Virus record (IMG/VR): IMGVR_UViG_3300044472_000055 | Coordinates: 32,001-96,000 of that record | Reading direction: 5' to 3' (one strand) | DNA from: a virus | Length of the DNA stretch: 64,000 nt | In this document: one piece after another, positions 41,128 through 52,417 of the stretch | How the letters are laid out: each line of letters begins with the position of its first letter | How positions within the stretch are numbered: position 1 is the stretch's first letter | The notes under the pieces: model-generated | The model's input: only the letters and a program-made list of their open reading frames with translations | Told to the model about the DNA's origin: nothing | The model's database searches: none | Translations under genes and position numbers: made by a program

Positions 41128-41673
41128 ATGTCCCAAGAGTTTGCAGATTTCACCATCGAGCAGGATTACACCGACGTTCCGGAGATGTCGGGAGAGTTTG
41201 CGACGCTCCCCGTCGGCGACTACGTCTTCGACATCGTCCATCTGGAGCAGAAGGCGTCGAGCACCGGCAACCCCGGCGTCAACGTGACGTTCCAGGTTGC
41301 GCCGGCCGAGGCGCAGCTCACCGACGAGGCGCGTGCGTTCGCGGGTCAGAAGGCGTGGAACCTCTACTCGCTCCTGCCGCAGTCGGCGGGTCGCATCAAG
41401 AAGCTGATGGTCGCGTGTGGTGCGAACCTCGCGAAGTTCACGGCGAGCGAGATCATGAACTCGCGCATCGTCGCGTCGATCACGCACCGCAAGGGCGAGG
41501 CGAAGCCGGATGCCGATGGCAACCTGCAGGAAGCCCGCACGTTCGCCAACGTCGTCAACGAGCGCCCGCTCGAAGCGACGGAGGTGTCGGCCCCGACCCC
41601 GGCGAAGGCACCGCCGCCGCCCGTGAAGGCCGCGACGAAGCCGGCGACGAACGGCGCCGCACGCCGCGCGTAA
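41128..41673 (+). CDS. DUF669-like ssDNA-binding protein
   Basis: FATLPVGDY, SSTGNP, strong codon bias, follows the Sak4-like gene. Confidence 0.7.
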   Translation: MSQEFADFTIEQDYTDVPEMSGEFATLPVGDYVFDIVHLEQKASSTGNPGVNVTFQVAPAEAQLTDEARAFAGQKAWNLYSLLPQSAGRIKKLMVACGANLAKFTASEIMNSRIVASITHRKGEAKPDADGNLQEARTFANVVNERPLEATEVSAPTPAKAPPPPVKAATKPATNGAARRA

Positions 41674-41985
41674 GCTCCGCAACCCGGGACAAGGCTCTCG
41701 CATCGAGGCTATCCTCCTCGATGCGTCAGCTCGGGCGATGAGCCCTACGTTGCCTCGCTAGAGAACCGGCAACCCGAAGCGACGGAAGCGTGCTCTGTGA
41801 GAGACCGTAACAGCGCGGGACTGTGCACGCGTGCTGTGACGATGGGGAGAGACCCATTTTTCGCCAAGCGAAACTCGCGATGCGAGGGCGGCGTGCTCAC
41901 GCCGATCGTCGGTGTATTTTGTCGTACCGTTTGAGCAGGACGATGTGACATCGATCGTGGTGAGAGCCCACGTCACTTGGCACTT
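41674..41985 (+). ncRNA. Candidate structured non-coding RNA
   Basis: Chain of hairpins, three with GAGA-containing loops; no convincing ORF. Confidence 0.4.
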
Positions 41986-41988
41986 TTT

Positions 41989-42064
41989 GTAACCGATAGC
42001 TCAACAGGAAGAGCGGGCGCCACTTGTGCGCTGGTCATTGGAGGTTCGAATCCTCCCGGTTGCG
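41989..42064 (+). tRNA. Non-canonical tRNA-like gene (loop CACTTGT, nominal anticodon CTT)
   Basis: GTAACCG/CGGTTGC acceptor, GCTC/GAGC D arm, GGAGG-TTCGAAT-CCTCC T arm; A33, extra linker nt. Confidence 0.7.
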
Positions 42065-42409
42065 CGATGAAACTGAGCGCCCACTCCGCACGTCTCGCTG
42101 TCGAGATCGCCGATCGCGTCGTGCCCGAGTACCGCGACGGCAAGCGGAGCTACTCGTGTACCGGGACAGTCGCGAAGCGCTGGCAGGCCGCGTACGATGG
42201 TGCCTGCATCGCGTTCGTGCGGAGTCAGCGCACGGTCATCGCAGCCTCTCGCAAGCGCTGACGCTCGAAGTTTTTGTGGTCTGCCGTCGCTGTTGGGATG
42301 CGAAAAGACGTCCGCCAGCGACGGCGGGCTGCGCCTTCCGGAGCGGGCGGAGAGATCTCGCTCAGGTTTTTTTCTGATGTGCGCGGGAGCGCAGGGTGGT
42401 GTCGCAGGG

Positions 42410-42551
42410 GCTTGTGGATAACCGGTGGACGACGCATTTTCCCAAAAATATTTTCTGTGGATCGCGTCTTCGAAGTAGTTGGCGCACCAACGAAAGATCT
42501 CCCTGTGGATCCCTGTGGAGAGAAAACATCCGCAAAAAAGTTGAATCCACA
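42410..42551. promoter_or_regulatory. Cluster of DnaA-box-like motifs
   Basis: TGTGGATAA 42413 (perfect), TGTGGATCG 42456, TGTGGATCC 42504, TGTGGAGAG 42514, GAATCCACA 42543, with an AT-rich tract. Confidence 0.55.
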
Positions 42552-42681
42552 GATCAGCCTCCGTTAGAGAGTGGGCTCACACGTCACACCGAGCGTCGGT
42601 GCATCGGTTGACGGTCAAACCGCTAGCGACTCCCGTGCACGAATTCAGTTCGTGGGGAGATCTCCAGGGGGCTGGATAGGT

Positions 42682-43158
42682 ATGTCCAAGGCTGGGAATT
42701 GTCCGATCATCGTCGATGGTCGTGAGGTCGATCCGCGTTGCATTTGCCGGGAAGAGCACTGTGACCGCGTAGGCGTTCACCTCGCTCATGGTGTCGTCCC
42801 GCCACCCAAGAAAGAGCGCCCGCCCACGCCAGGACGTGCGCTGTGGAAGCGTCCGTCGAGCAAAGCGCTCGACAACGCGATCGCGAAGGCGACGTCGAAG
42901 TATTGGGCCACGCACTTCGGTGCGATCCTGCGCGAAGTCAGGAACGACTACGGCACCGCCGAGTCGGAGCACTCGCTCGAACGTGCCGTTTATCGGCACC
43001 TGAAGAAGCTCGTCGCTCGTGGGCACATCGTGAAGCTCGACCTCGGGCTCTCGTTCGCCGCGTATCTGCGTCCCGGCAGCAAGCTGCTCAACGACATCGA
43101 CTATCTGCGCGAGCAGATGGTGGATCAGCTTGAAGTGCACGGGCAGTACGCGGCATGA
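42682..43158 (+). CDS. Putative Zn-binding plus winged-helix protein
   Basis: C/H cluster then ERAVYRHLKKLVARGHIVK. Confidence 0.55.
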   Translation: MSKAGNCPIIVDGREVDPRCICREEHCDRVGVHLAHGVVPPPKKERPPTPGRALWKRPSSKALDNAIAKATSKYWATHFGAILREVRNDYGTAESEHSLERAVYRHLKKLVARGHIVKLDLGLSFAAYLRPGSKLLNDIDYLREQMVDQLEVHGQYAA

Positions 43159-43483
43159 CACGACTCGATCGGTTCGAGGCGCAGCAGATCGGTGAGGAAT
43201 GGGCGCGAGAGACTCTCGCCAGGATCGACGAAGCGCTCAAAAAGCTTCCGAAGGCAGCGCAGCTCGACAGCGTGATGTGCTGCCCGCTGTGCCATCGTCC
43301 GCTGGTCACGCGGTACCGCGTGCTCAAGAAGTACAGTCGTCGAGGATACATCACAGCGTATCATCCGTTGTGGTACTGCGAGACCCACGACTTCACCGTC
43401 GAGATCAATCACTCGAACAAGAAGCTCGTCAAGCACAAGCCAAACGTGCGGCGAAAACGATCGCTAGGTAGCGCCTCCAACAC

Positions 43484-46400
43484 ATGACCGTCACGCTGCC
43501 CGTGTTTCGTGGCGACGCCGAGGGCGCCAACTGCATCGAGTGCCCATTCTCGATGGGTGGCTTGCCGCGTCAGCCGGTGTTCTCGGAGTTTCCCGAGAAC
43601 CCGTTGTGGCTGCTGTGTGGCGAAGGCCCTGGGCGTACGGAGGTCATCACGAAGCGCCCATTCATGGGCCCGACGGGTCAAGTCGTTGCGCAGGTGTTGC
43701 ACAAGATCGGGCGTCCTCGTCAGGAGCTAGGCATCCTCAACGCGACGCTCTGCATGCCGACGACGAACTCGACGGAAGCGGATCGCCACAAAGCCGCTGA
43801 ATGCTGCAAGCCGCGCCTGCAACGCGAGCTGGCGATGTTTCCAGGCAAGCCGGTGTTGACCCTCGGTGCCGTTGCGGCCCGTACGATCATTCCCAAGGCA
43901 ACGCTCGATGCAATCGATCCTCCCGAGGCTCCGAAGGAGGTCAAGAAGCAGCAGAAGCTCAAGCAGCAGCCGACGCGCAAGCGTGAGCTACAGAAGGCGA
44001 AAAAGATCGAAAAGCTCGCAGAGAAGCGGCTGAAGAAGATCCTGACCTATCGCAAAAAGCAGCTCGTCGCCGAGTACCGCAAGGTCCGCAAGAAGAAACC
44101 AGACCAGATATGGCTCGATCACGAGCTGGGCCGCAATCGAGCGCAGCTAGAGCTGAAGGCACGGCGTGATGCCGTGATGGAGTACGAAGTCTGGGTCAAA
44201 GAGGCCCAGTTTCGAAAGCTCGCGAAGGAGGCGCAGCAGGCCGCGAATCCGAAGCCGAAGAAAGCCAAGCCGATCAAGATCACGGACATCGTCGGTACGA
44301 CGTTCAAGGTCGATGTCGACGGCTCTGGCGATCGCTGTGTCATTCCCGCGATTCATCCGGCTGCGTTGCTCCGTGGTGGTGGCGCATCGATCGGTGGCTC
44401 GCACACGCCCGATCTTGCCTTCATCAACATCGTCTACGACGCAGTCAAGGTCGATGCGATCGGTCGTGGCAAAGACATCTGGCTCAATTTTCCTGTCGAG
44501 GTCGAGTGGCAGAACGCCGATCGAGCGGCACGACTCTTCGTCGAGATCGTTCACGAGGCGTTAGTAGAGGGCACCGCCGCGCTCGACTTGGAGACCTACG
44601 TCGACGATCCCGATCGTCACTCCGCCCTCATGGCGTACGTCGCGAAAATTCGCGCCATCGGCCTGTCGACGTCGACACGTGCGGTCTCGGTCTACTGGGA
44701 TTTGTTGCCGCCATGGTGCCTCACGTATCTGCAGCTGCTTCTTTCGCGGGTGCGGCTCATCACGCACAACGGGCTCTACGATCGTACGGTGCTGCGCAAC
44801 AAGCACTACGGGTTCATCATCCCGAGCGAGCTGATGGAAGATACGCTGCTCGCACACCACGCAGCCTTTCCTGGTAATGCGCACCGCCTGCAGGTCGTCA
44901 CTTCACAACTCTACGCCGTCGAACCATGGAAGAGCGAGTTTCGTAACGCGGAGGAGACACCGGACAAACTCACCGTTTACAACGCGAAAGACACGTACTC
45001 GACATACAAGCTTCATACGCCGCTGGCAATCCACGTCAAGCGCAGCAAGACCGAGGAGGTCTACGCGCTCGACAAAAAGATGGCCGAGATTGCCTGCAAG
45101 ATGCACCTCGCGGGCATGCCGGTCGATCGCGAGATCAACTCGCACTTGCTCAACACGTTCAGCAAGAACGTCAAAGAAGCGCGGCGTGCGGTCGAGGACA
45201 AGGCGCACGATCCGAAGCTGCGTGAGCAGATTCAACACCACCTCGCGCTGCAGCAGGCGCAGAAGAAACGCAAGCTCGACCCCGAAGACTTCGAGGCCCG
45301 CTACAACGTTCGCCTCGGAATGATCCAACAGGATCCCGATTGGCGATGGAAGATTTCCGCCGGCAAGGACATCGCAGCGCTCCTACTCGCGATGGGCGTC
45401 GGCCTCTATCAGACGACCGAGTCGGGCTCGATCTCGACGAAGAAGGACGTCCTCGAATCGCTCGTTGACGTCCCCATCGTTCGCGAGATTCTCAACTTCC
45501 GCGAGAACGACAAGCTTCTTTCGACGTTCATCTGGCAGATCTTCGATCGCTTCGGGCCAAACGGCGACATCATCCAGTACGGCTACGCCGACGACGATGA
45601 TCGTATTCACCCGATCTGGTCGGTGCACAAGATCACGGGTCGTTGGGCGTCCCGCTGGCCGGTGGTCTCGAACGTTCCGAAGGACAAGTGGAAAAAGCTC
45701 GTCATGGAGGCCGTCGCTCGCGAGATCGGCGTGCCGATTCCCGACAAGGGCATCTTCACCGGCATCACCGGGCAGCAGTACCGCGTCAACAAGGATGGCT
45801 CGATCTCGAAGATGACGCGGCCGAACCTGCGTGCGCAGATTCGTGCTCGTCACGGACGCATGCTCGTCGGGTTCGATTTTTCACAGCTCGAAGCGCGTGG
45901 CATTGCGCTCGTATCTGGCGATCCGTTCCTCCTCGATGTGTTCGCCTCGAACCTCGACATTCACCGCGAATGTGCTCGCGTGATCTTCGCCGGGTTCGAT
46001 CAGATGGACCCGGACAGCCAGAAGCAGGTCCGCGAGCAAACCAAGCCGATGGAGTACGGCGCCTTCTACGGTGGCTCTGTCGAGACGTTGCACAAGCAGA
46101 TGCTGAAGGAAGGCTACAACGTCAAGCTCGTCGATGTCGCGAAGGCCGTCGAGACGTTGATGCGCAAGATGGCTGGCGTCGTGAAGTGGCAGCGCGACAC
46201 GGTCGCGAAGGCTTCGCAGCCGCCCTACATGATCAAGGATCTGATTCTCGGCCGTACGCGCGTCTGGCCGATGGGCAACGTCGAGCCGTCGGAAGCCATG
46301 AACTTCGGCATCCAAGCGCTCGGTGCGTCGATCATGAATCAGGGCATGGCTCGCATGGATGAGCGCATCATCAAGTACCGGGAGGCATTTCCGATCGCGC

Positions 46401-46558
46401 AGATCCATGATGCTGCCGTGTTCGAGTGCTGGGAGGACGATGCCGAAGCCATCGCGGCCGACATCAACGAGTGCTTCCCGCAGGAACGTGAGCGCGAAGG
46501 CCGCGTGATCAAGTTCCCTGTCGAGACCAAGATCGCGAAGAGCTGGGACAAGGTCTGA
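43484..46558 (+). CDS. polA: Family A DNA polymerase with N-terminal uracil-DNA glycosylase (family 4-like) and 3'-5' exonuclease domains
   Basis: UDG: CIEC, GEGPG..E, PF.GPTG, HPAALLR; Exo: DLET, HNGLYD, YNAKD; Pol: DFSQLE, R...K...YG..YG, IHD. Confidence 0.92.
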   Translation: MTVTLPVFRGDAEGANCIECPFSMGGLPRQPVFSEFPENPLWLLCGEGPGRTEVITKRPFMGPTGQVVAQVLHKIGRPRQELGILNATLCMPTTNSTEADRHKAAECCKPRLQRELAMFPGKPVLTLGAVAARTIIPKATLDAIDPPEAPKEVKKQQKLKQQPTRKRELQKAKKIEKLAEKRLKKILTYRKKQLVAEYRKVRKKKPDQIWLDHELGRNRAQLELKARRDAVMEYEVWVKEAQFRKLAKEAQQAANPKPKKAKPIKITDIVGTTFKVDVDGSGDRCVIPAIHPAALLRGGGASIGGSHTPDLAFINIVYDAVKVDAIGRGKDIWLNFPVEVEWQNADRAARLFVEIVHEALVEGTAALDLETYVDDPDRHSALMAYVAKIRAIGLSTSTRAVSVYWDLLPPWCLTYLQLLLSRVRLITHNGLYDRTVLRNKHYGFIIPSELMEDTLLAHHAAFPGNAHRLQVVTSQLYAVEPWKSEFRNAEETPDKLTVYNAKDTYSTYKLHTPLAIHVKRSKTEEVYALDKKMAEIACKMHLAGMPVDREINSHLLNTFSKNVKEARRAVEDKAHDPKLREQIQHHLALQQAQKKRKLDPEDFEARYNVRLGMIQQDPDWRWKISAGKDIAALLLAMGVGLYQTTESGSISTKKDVLESLVDVPIVREILNFRENDKLLSTFIWQIFDRFGPNGDIIQYGYADDDDRIHPIWSVHKITGRWASRWPVVSNVPKDKWKKLVMEAVAREIGVPIPDKGIFTGITGQQYRVNKDGSISKMTRPNLRAQIRARHGRMLVGFDFSQLEARGIALVSGDPFLLDVFASNLDIHRECARVIFAGFDQMDPDSQKQVREQTKPMEYGAFYGGSVETLHKQMLKEGYNVKLVDVAKAVETLMRKMAGVVKWQRDTVAKASQPPYMIKDLILGRTRVWPMGNVEPSEAMNFGIQALGASIMNQGMARMDERIIKYREAFPIAQIHDAAVFECWEDDAEAIAADINECFPQEREREGRVIKFPVETKIAKSWDKV

Positions 46559-49084
46559 TGCCGATCTACTGGTGGTTTCGTCAGTTCGTGCTGAAGCGTG
46601 GCGTGTACGTCGAAGAGCCGATCGATCAATCGAGCAGCCTCTTCAGGCGCATGCGCAAACCGCCGTGGCTAGACGTGAAGGCCTACGTCTTTATCAACAC
46701 GGGTGAAAGAAAGACGTACCGTCTCATCACCGTAGGCGGAAAGACCAGGCTCGTCGAGCAGTAGCACGAGTGTCAGCCCCAGCGTTTAGAACCACTGCGT
46801 GACCACGGATCGCGAAACCGCGCTGGAGAACACGCTTCGGCTGTACCACAACGCGCTTCTGAACATCTCGCGGCAGCGCGACTGCGATTACTGCGACATG
46901 CCGCGTGAGCAGCGGCCAACTCCATGCCCATGCCCGACGTGTGAGGCAAAGGCTGTACTCGAACAGGCCGTAGGCTGGCGCTACATCGGGGCGCATTTTG
47001 ATCGCGTGGTGAACGGTTTCAATCCTCGCGAGACGCGTATGCATCTCGCATGGAAGCAGGAAGCCGATGATCGTGTGCTAGGGCTGCTGCTCAACCCGGA
47101 GCCACCGACGGTGTCCTCTTTCAATCGAGGCCACTACGTCATTCCGACGGTGCGCGATTGGTACGTCGCGACCACTGTCGTGCAGTGGCTCGCCACCAAC
47201 GTCGGCATGGGCGTGCTCGAAGCCGCCGGGTTCAAGTATCAGCACTGGGACGAGGATCGAAAAACGCTCGAAGAGAAGCGCAAGGAGCAGACACCGTGAA
47301 CAAGAAGAAAAAGAGGCGTGGTGTCCCCACGAAAACGACGTCGCCGACAGAATCGCCGACAGAATTGACCACGTTTCTCGCTGGCGGGCCTACGTTGCGC
47401 ATCGTCATCGAAAAGGATCCGTTTCCGTCGCAATTCGGCTCACCAAATATCGTGAAGTACCTCGTGGACGACAAGCAGGTCAGCGGAGAAGTGTACGGAC
47501 TCGTTGTCGCTACGTGGCATGCGCGTGCGATGGAGAGGCTGGTAGGGCTGTGAGTCATCCCCTCTGTCGTCCACCAAAAGGCGTCGGCAAGCCTGATGGC
47601 GCCAAGTACGGCGACGACAAGCCGTTCCGTCTCGGTGACGACGGCAGGTGGCGCCCCGACAACGGAGTCGCTGCACGCGCATTCCTCGGCAAGCTCGATG
47701 GCGAGAACGTCGCCTTCATTGCCGATTGTAGGTGCCCCTACACCAACGGCTGTCCTCTCGGGCTCGCGCTCACCAAAGCAGACGATCTCGGTATCTCGGC
47801 AACGATGGTGCATCGGCGTACGCCTATCGGCATCGGCACGATCGCGTCGCGTGGGGCGACACGGAAGGTGCTGAAGCGCAAGAAGAAGCGATGAAGCCTT
47901 CTCTCCTGTTGTTAGCCATCGCTTCGATAGAGGCCGCGTCTGCGCTGCGTAATGACATCGATTCGTTTCTCATCGAGATGCAAGGGATGCGTAAGCGTCT
48001 CGGGCGCCGTGGGCGATGGGTCATTGTCTACACGATCGAGGATGGTTCGGTTCGAGGCGTACGGTGTCGACGAAAGTCCAAAGCACGTGCGATTGCGCGC
48101 GAGCTGAAGGGAAAGGTTCGTCGGTGGCGCTCGCGTGATTGGGGCTTTGCAGTGGAGGACTACTCGTGAACATCGATCCAGCACAATGGAAGCTCTTCGA
48201 GCAGGCGTATCAAATCGGGCAACAGGTCGCCGACATGGTGAAGAACCATAAGGCGGACGCAGCTCTCCTCGGTTTGCTTGCCGCCACGGCCATGCTTCGC
48301 CGCAAGACGTCATTCACCATCGACGATGTCTTGCAGCGCATGCGTTCGATCGATTCGGTCGTCGACTTGCTCAAGATGATGGCGCCGCAGAAAGCGCCAA
48401 CCGATGGCTGAGGTTACGCAGTTCGAAAGTCACCTTGAATTCGTGTGCCCGTTCTGTGGCGGCATGTTGATGGCGGGCTACGTGCAGCCCGTCAACCTGC
48501 CGACGGTGATCCACTCGGATCCGATGTGCAAAGAGTTTGAAGAGATCGACGACCCTACCGACTTCTTGAAGAAGAGCCGCAAGAAGATGGGCATCCCGGA
48601 CGCGCCCGACGAGAACAACTGATGCTGATCACCGTCGACTTGTTGAAGCTGATCTTCCTGGGCCTTCTTATCCCGCTCGTTGTTGCGCTGAAGATCGAAA
48701 GCTGGCTGTTCAATCGACGTCTTCAGCAGAGAAAAAACCATGAAGAAGAAAAAGCTCAAGAGGCTGCTCGCAGAGACTGAAGGCAAGCTGGCGATTCAGA
48801 CCACGGAAGTCACGCACCTCAATGAAGATTTGAACTACACGCGAGCGCAGGTGCGCAAGCTTGAAGTGGACGCCGAACATCTTCGTAAGGCGTGTGCTGA
48901 CACTAGGAGCATCGAATGGACCCTGAAAGGCACTGAACAACGCCTCCAAGCGATGACGGCTGATCGCGACAACTGGCGCAAGGAAGCTGAACTGCATCAA
49001 ACCAACAGCACTCGGCTTCAGCAAGAGATCGATCGTCTCACCCAAGAGATCAATCGGCTCACGTACGAAATGCGTGCACGATGA
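46558..49084 (+). CDS. Run of small hypothetical genes
   Basis: Mostly coupled ORFs (e.g. 46799-47299 behind a box promoter, 48404-48622, 48740-49084 coiled coil). Confidence 0.5.
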
Positions 49085-49596
49085 GAATCACGATCATCAC
49101 GGGCGGACAGACAGGTGTCGATCGTGGCGCGTTTCGTGGCGCCATCGATTCTGGTCTCGATGTTGGCGGCTACATGCCGAAGAATCGTCGTGACGAGCTT
49201 GGGCTTATCCCATTCAGCGTACGATCGAAGCTTGTCGAGTGCCCTGTCGACGGACTGTCTGCGCGCACGACAGCGAATGTCGAGATGGCGCAGGCGCTGC
49301 TGATCGTTGCCGAAGACAGAGAGCAACCATTCGTTACGCCAGGCACACGCCACACATGGGAGATGGCGCTCAAACGCAAGCTTCCATGGGTAGCAGTTGA
49401 TGCAATGAACCCGCGCGCCGTATTCGAATGGCTAGCGCGACATCTTGTCCCCCACGTCAAGATGACTCGTGAAGGCCCGAAGCTTGCGATCATGGTTGCT
49501 GGGCCTCGTGCATCGCATTGGACGCGAGGCGAAAGCGTGGCAGCAGAGGCCGTGTACGACCTCGGGCATCGAGTTTCTTACTACAAGGACGCGTGA
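49081..49596 (+). CDS. SLOG-superfamily (YpsA/'molybdenum carrier'-like) protein
   Basis: ITGGQTGVDRGA, GGYMPK, RT.ANV, GT..T, VAGPRAS. Confidence 0.8.
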   Translation: MRITIITGGQTGVDRGAFRGAIDSGLDVGGYMPKNRRDELGLIPFSVRSKLVECPVDGLSARTTANVEMAQALLIVAEDREQPFVTPGTRHTWEMALKRKLPWVAVDAMNPRAVFEWLARHLVPHVKMTREGPKLAIMVAGPRASHWTRGESVAAEAVYDLGHRVSYYKDA

Positions 49597-51404
49597 ACGT
49601 GCAGCTCACCCCGGAACAGCGGCGCATCAAGGATGCGGTTGCCTCGACAAACGATCACCTCGTCATCGATGCGAAGGCGGGCTCGGGCAAGACGACGGCG
49701 CTCATCATGGCGCTCGAAGTCATCCCCGCTGTGAGCACGCTCGTGCTCGCGTTCAACAAGCGCATCGCTATCGAGATGGAAGAGAAGCTGCCACCGATTC
49801 CACCGGGGCGGGCCGTCGTCGTCAAGACGCTGCACTCCATCGGCTTGGCCACGCTGCGCTATCACTTCCCGCACCTCGCCGTCGACGACAACGCGAGCGA
49901 AGATCTCATCACAGAGGCCAGCCAGAAGCTCATCACCGAGCGCAAGGTCGGAACGCTCACGATGAAGATGCGCAAGAGCGCTGTGCGTCTTCTGGAAACG
50001 CTCAAGGAAACCATCACCGATGCAGAGCCGTCTACCGAGCTGATTCTCAGGACTGCAGTCGACTTCGACTGCTTCGGTGGGCTCGATCAGACAGAAAGTG
50101 TGTTCGTCGTCGATGTTGTGAAGCTCGCGTACACGAACAGCCTCATGTTCAAGCGGCGCAGGACGATCGCCTACAGCGACATGGTCTGGGGGCCTGTTGC
50201 GGCACAGCTCGCTCCGCGCGGTCGCTTCAAAGCCGTGTGCGTCGACGAAGCGCAAGACGTGTCTGCGCCGCAATTCGCCCTCGTTCAAAAGCTTGTCGCA
50301 CCCAGCGGACGGCTCATCCTCGTTGGTGACCCGTTGCAGGGCATCTACGCGTGGCGTGGCGCCGCAGGGCACGTCGTGTGGGAGGTGATGGCCTCGACGT
50401 ACAAGGCCATCAACCTGCCGCTGACTGTGACATGGCGTTGCCCGAAGGCAGTTGTCGCCGAAGCCAACAAGGTTTTCATCGCGATGGGAATTCGCGATCG
50501 GCTGCACGCACGGCCAGACGCCCCCGAGGGTGCGGTACGCCCACTTCACTTCGAGAAACTCGCGGCGGAATTGCGTGGCGTGCGGCAATCGACGTTCGTA
50601 CTCTCACGCACCAACCAGGGGCTGCTTCGCGTGGCGCTGGAGTTGTGGAAGCTCGGCGTCCGCTTCTCGCTCAACGGTGGCGGCGAGGTCATCAACCCGT
50701 TGTTTTGGACGCTCGAAAAACTCGACATGTCGAGCATCGATGCGTTCAAAGCGAGCGCGGAGCGTTGGCACAAGCAAGAGCAGGCGCGTGCGGAGCTGGC
50801 GCAGTCGAGCGCATGGTCAGATCGTGCGGAGCAGCAATACAGCATGCTCCTCGTCGCACTCGACTACGCGGGGCAACCGACCAGGATCGCGAAGCTGCTG
50901 CGTGACGTCCTCGGTATCGAGCGCAAGACCAACATCACACTGTCGAGCGTGCACAAGGTCAAAGGCCTTGAAGCGGATCGCGTCTACCTCATCAAAGAGA
51001 CGTTTCATCGGCATCGGAAGCCCAAGCCCGAATGGAAGGACTGGCGTCCGCCGATTCCGCCTGAAGAGCTGCACATCGAGTACGTCGCCATCACGCGCGC
51101 GAAGGACACGTTGACGTGGGTCGAGCTGCCCGAGAACGCGCTCACCAAGATCATCCGGCAACGGATGAACGATCGTGACGAACTGCTCGCCATGGATCCG
51201 CAGGGTCAACCCGACGAAGATCCGGCTGAACATCCCGACGAAGATGGGTTCGAGGGGGCGCGGCTTCTTGCCGAAGAAATCTATGGCCCTGGAACGACGA
51301 TCGACTTCGTCGGCCGCGTCCATCAGCCCGGTGAGGACAACACGTCCCGTATCGTTGACCCCCTGAAAGACCTCCAGCGCATGAATGTCACCCGCATGAA
51401 GTAG
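49593..51404 (+). CDS. UvrD/Rep-like SF1 helicase
   Basis: AKAGSGKT, LAFN, VDEAQD, VGDPLQGIYAWRGA, HKVKGLE, YVAITRAK. Confidence 0.9.
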   Translation: MNVQLTPEQRRIKDAVASTNDHLVIDAKAGSGKTTALIMALEVIPAVSTLVLAFNKRIAIEMEEKLPPIPPGRAVVVKTLHSIGLATLRYHFPHLAVDDNASEDLITEASQKLITERKVGTLTMKMRKSAVRLLETLKETITDAEPSTELILRTAVDFDCFGGLDQTESVFVVDVVKLAYTNSLMFKRRRTIAYSDMVWGPVAAQLAPRGRFKAVCVDEAQDVSAPQFALVQKLVAPSGRLILVGDPLQGIYAWRGAAGHVVWEVMASTYKAINLPLTVTWRCPKAVVAEANKVFIAMGIRDRLHARPDAPEGAVRPLHFEKLAAELRGVRQSTFVLSRTNQGLLRVALELWKLGVRFSLNGGGEVINPLFWTLEKLDMSSIDAFKASAERWHKQEQARAELAQSSAWSDRAEQQYSMLLVALDYAGQPTRIAKLLRDVLGIERKTNITLSSVHKVKGLEADRVYLIKETFHRHRKPKPEWKDWRPPIPPEELHIEYVAITRAKDTLTWVELPENALTKIIRQRMNDRDELLAMDPQGQPDEDPAEHPDEDGFEGARLLAEEIYGPGTTIDFVGRVHQPGEDNTSRIVDPLKDLQRMNVTRMK

Positions 51405-52417
51405 AACTATGGCCGAAGATGTCCGACGACGTACACGACTCGCGCTACGAGCAACTCGTCGCCCGCTACAACGCGGTGGTTTCCGAGCGCGATCGCCTCG
51501 TCACGGCGCTCGATGGGGCTAATGCCGCAAACGCTCGTCTTGAAGAGGCTCTGCGGATGGCCCGCGCCCCAACAGAGACACCGGGCCTGCTGTGTGACGG
51601 GCGTTGTGGGCGCGCCATCGTCGGTGAATCCGAGCAAGCCATCCGGGCACATGCCGTCACCCTCGGGTGGAAGGGCGATTCTTGCCCCGAATGTAACGCT
51701 CGATCGAAGTAAATGCCACCCAATGACATCAAGGTGTACGGTACGCTGATCGAATTCAGTCCCTACCGTCCTCGACGTGAACATGTGAAAGACCTCTCGT
51801 TCATTCTGCCGGTTCTCGACCATCACTGGATGGGCTTGACGGTGCGCCCGTCGTTGACGGGCAACGTAGTCACGCGTGTCTCGAAGCACCTCGTGGTGGA
51901 TGCAGAGACCAAAGAGGTCGCGTATGTGTGGTGGCAGGTCGAGTTGGGACACGTGCCGTGGAACATTCGGCCTACGCATCCCGTCGACGCATGGCTGCTC
52001 GAAGTAGCGACGAGGCACTCATGACAAGTTTTTGCCCGCACTGCATGAAGACAGATCATGTGTTCGCGCTGAAGGGCGAGAGCGAAGGCTCGCTTCAGTG
52101 TTCGCAGTGCTTGCTCGTGTTTAGGCCAGACGACGGCATCCGTGTGTTCTCCGATCTTGATGTTCGTCAGCCTCCGATGACGAAGGTCGAATTTCCGCTC
52201 GTGTATGTGCAACTCGTTAGCACCGATGGCGACAACATCACGATGACACGGGGCCTGACCGACGCAGAGGCGCTCAAGTTCGCAGGCGAATTGATCGAAA
52301 CCGTGCGGAGGCATCAGCGATGAGCAAGCGGGCATGGAATGCCGGCGACGTTGCCATCATTGTGGCGTGCCTTGCGACGATCACGATCTGGATTCTGCTC
52401 GCCTTCGGTGATCGTCG

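Noticed and set aside
43900-44270. Intein in polA
   Set aside because: No C-terminal HN plus C/S/T junction or LAGLIDADG motifs.
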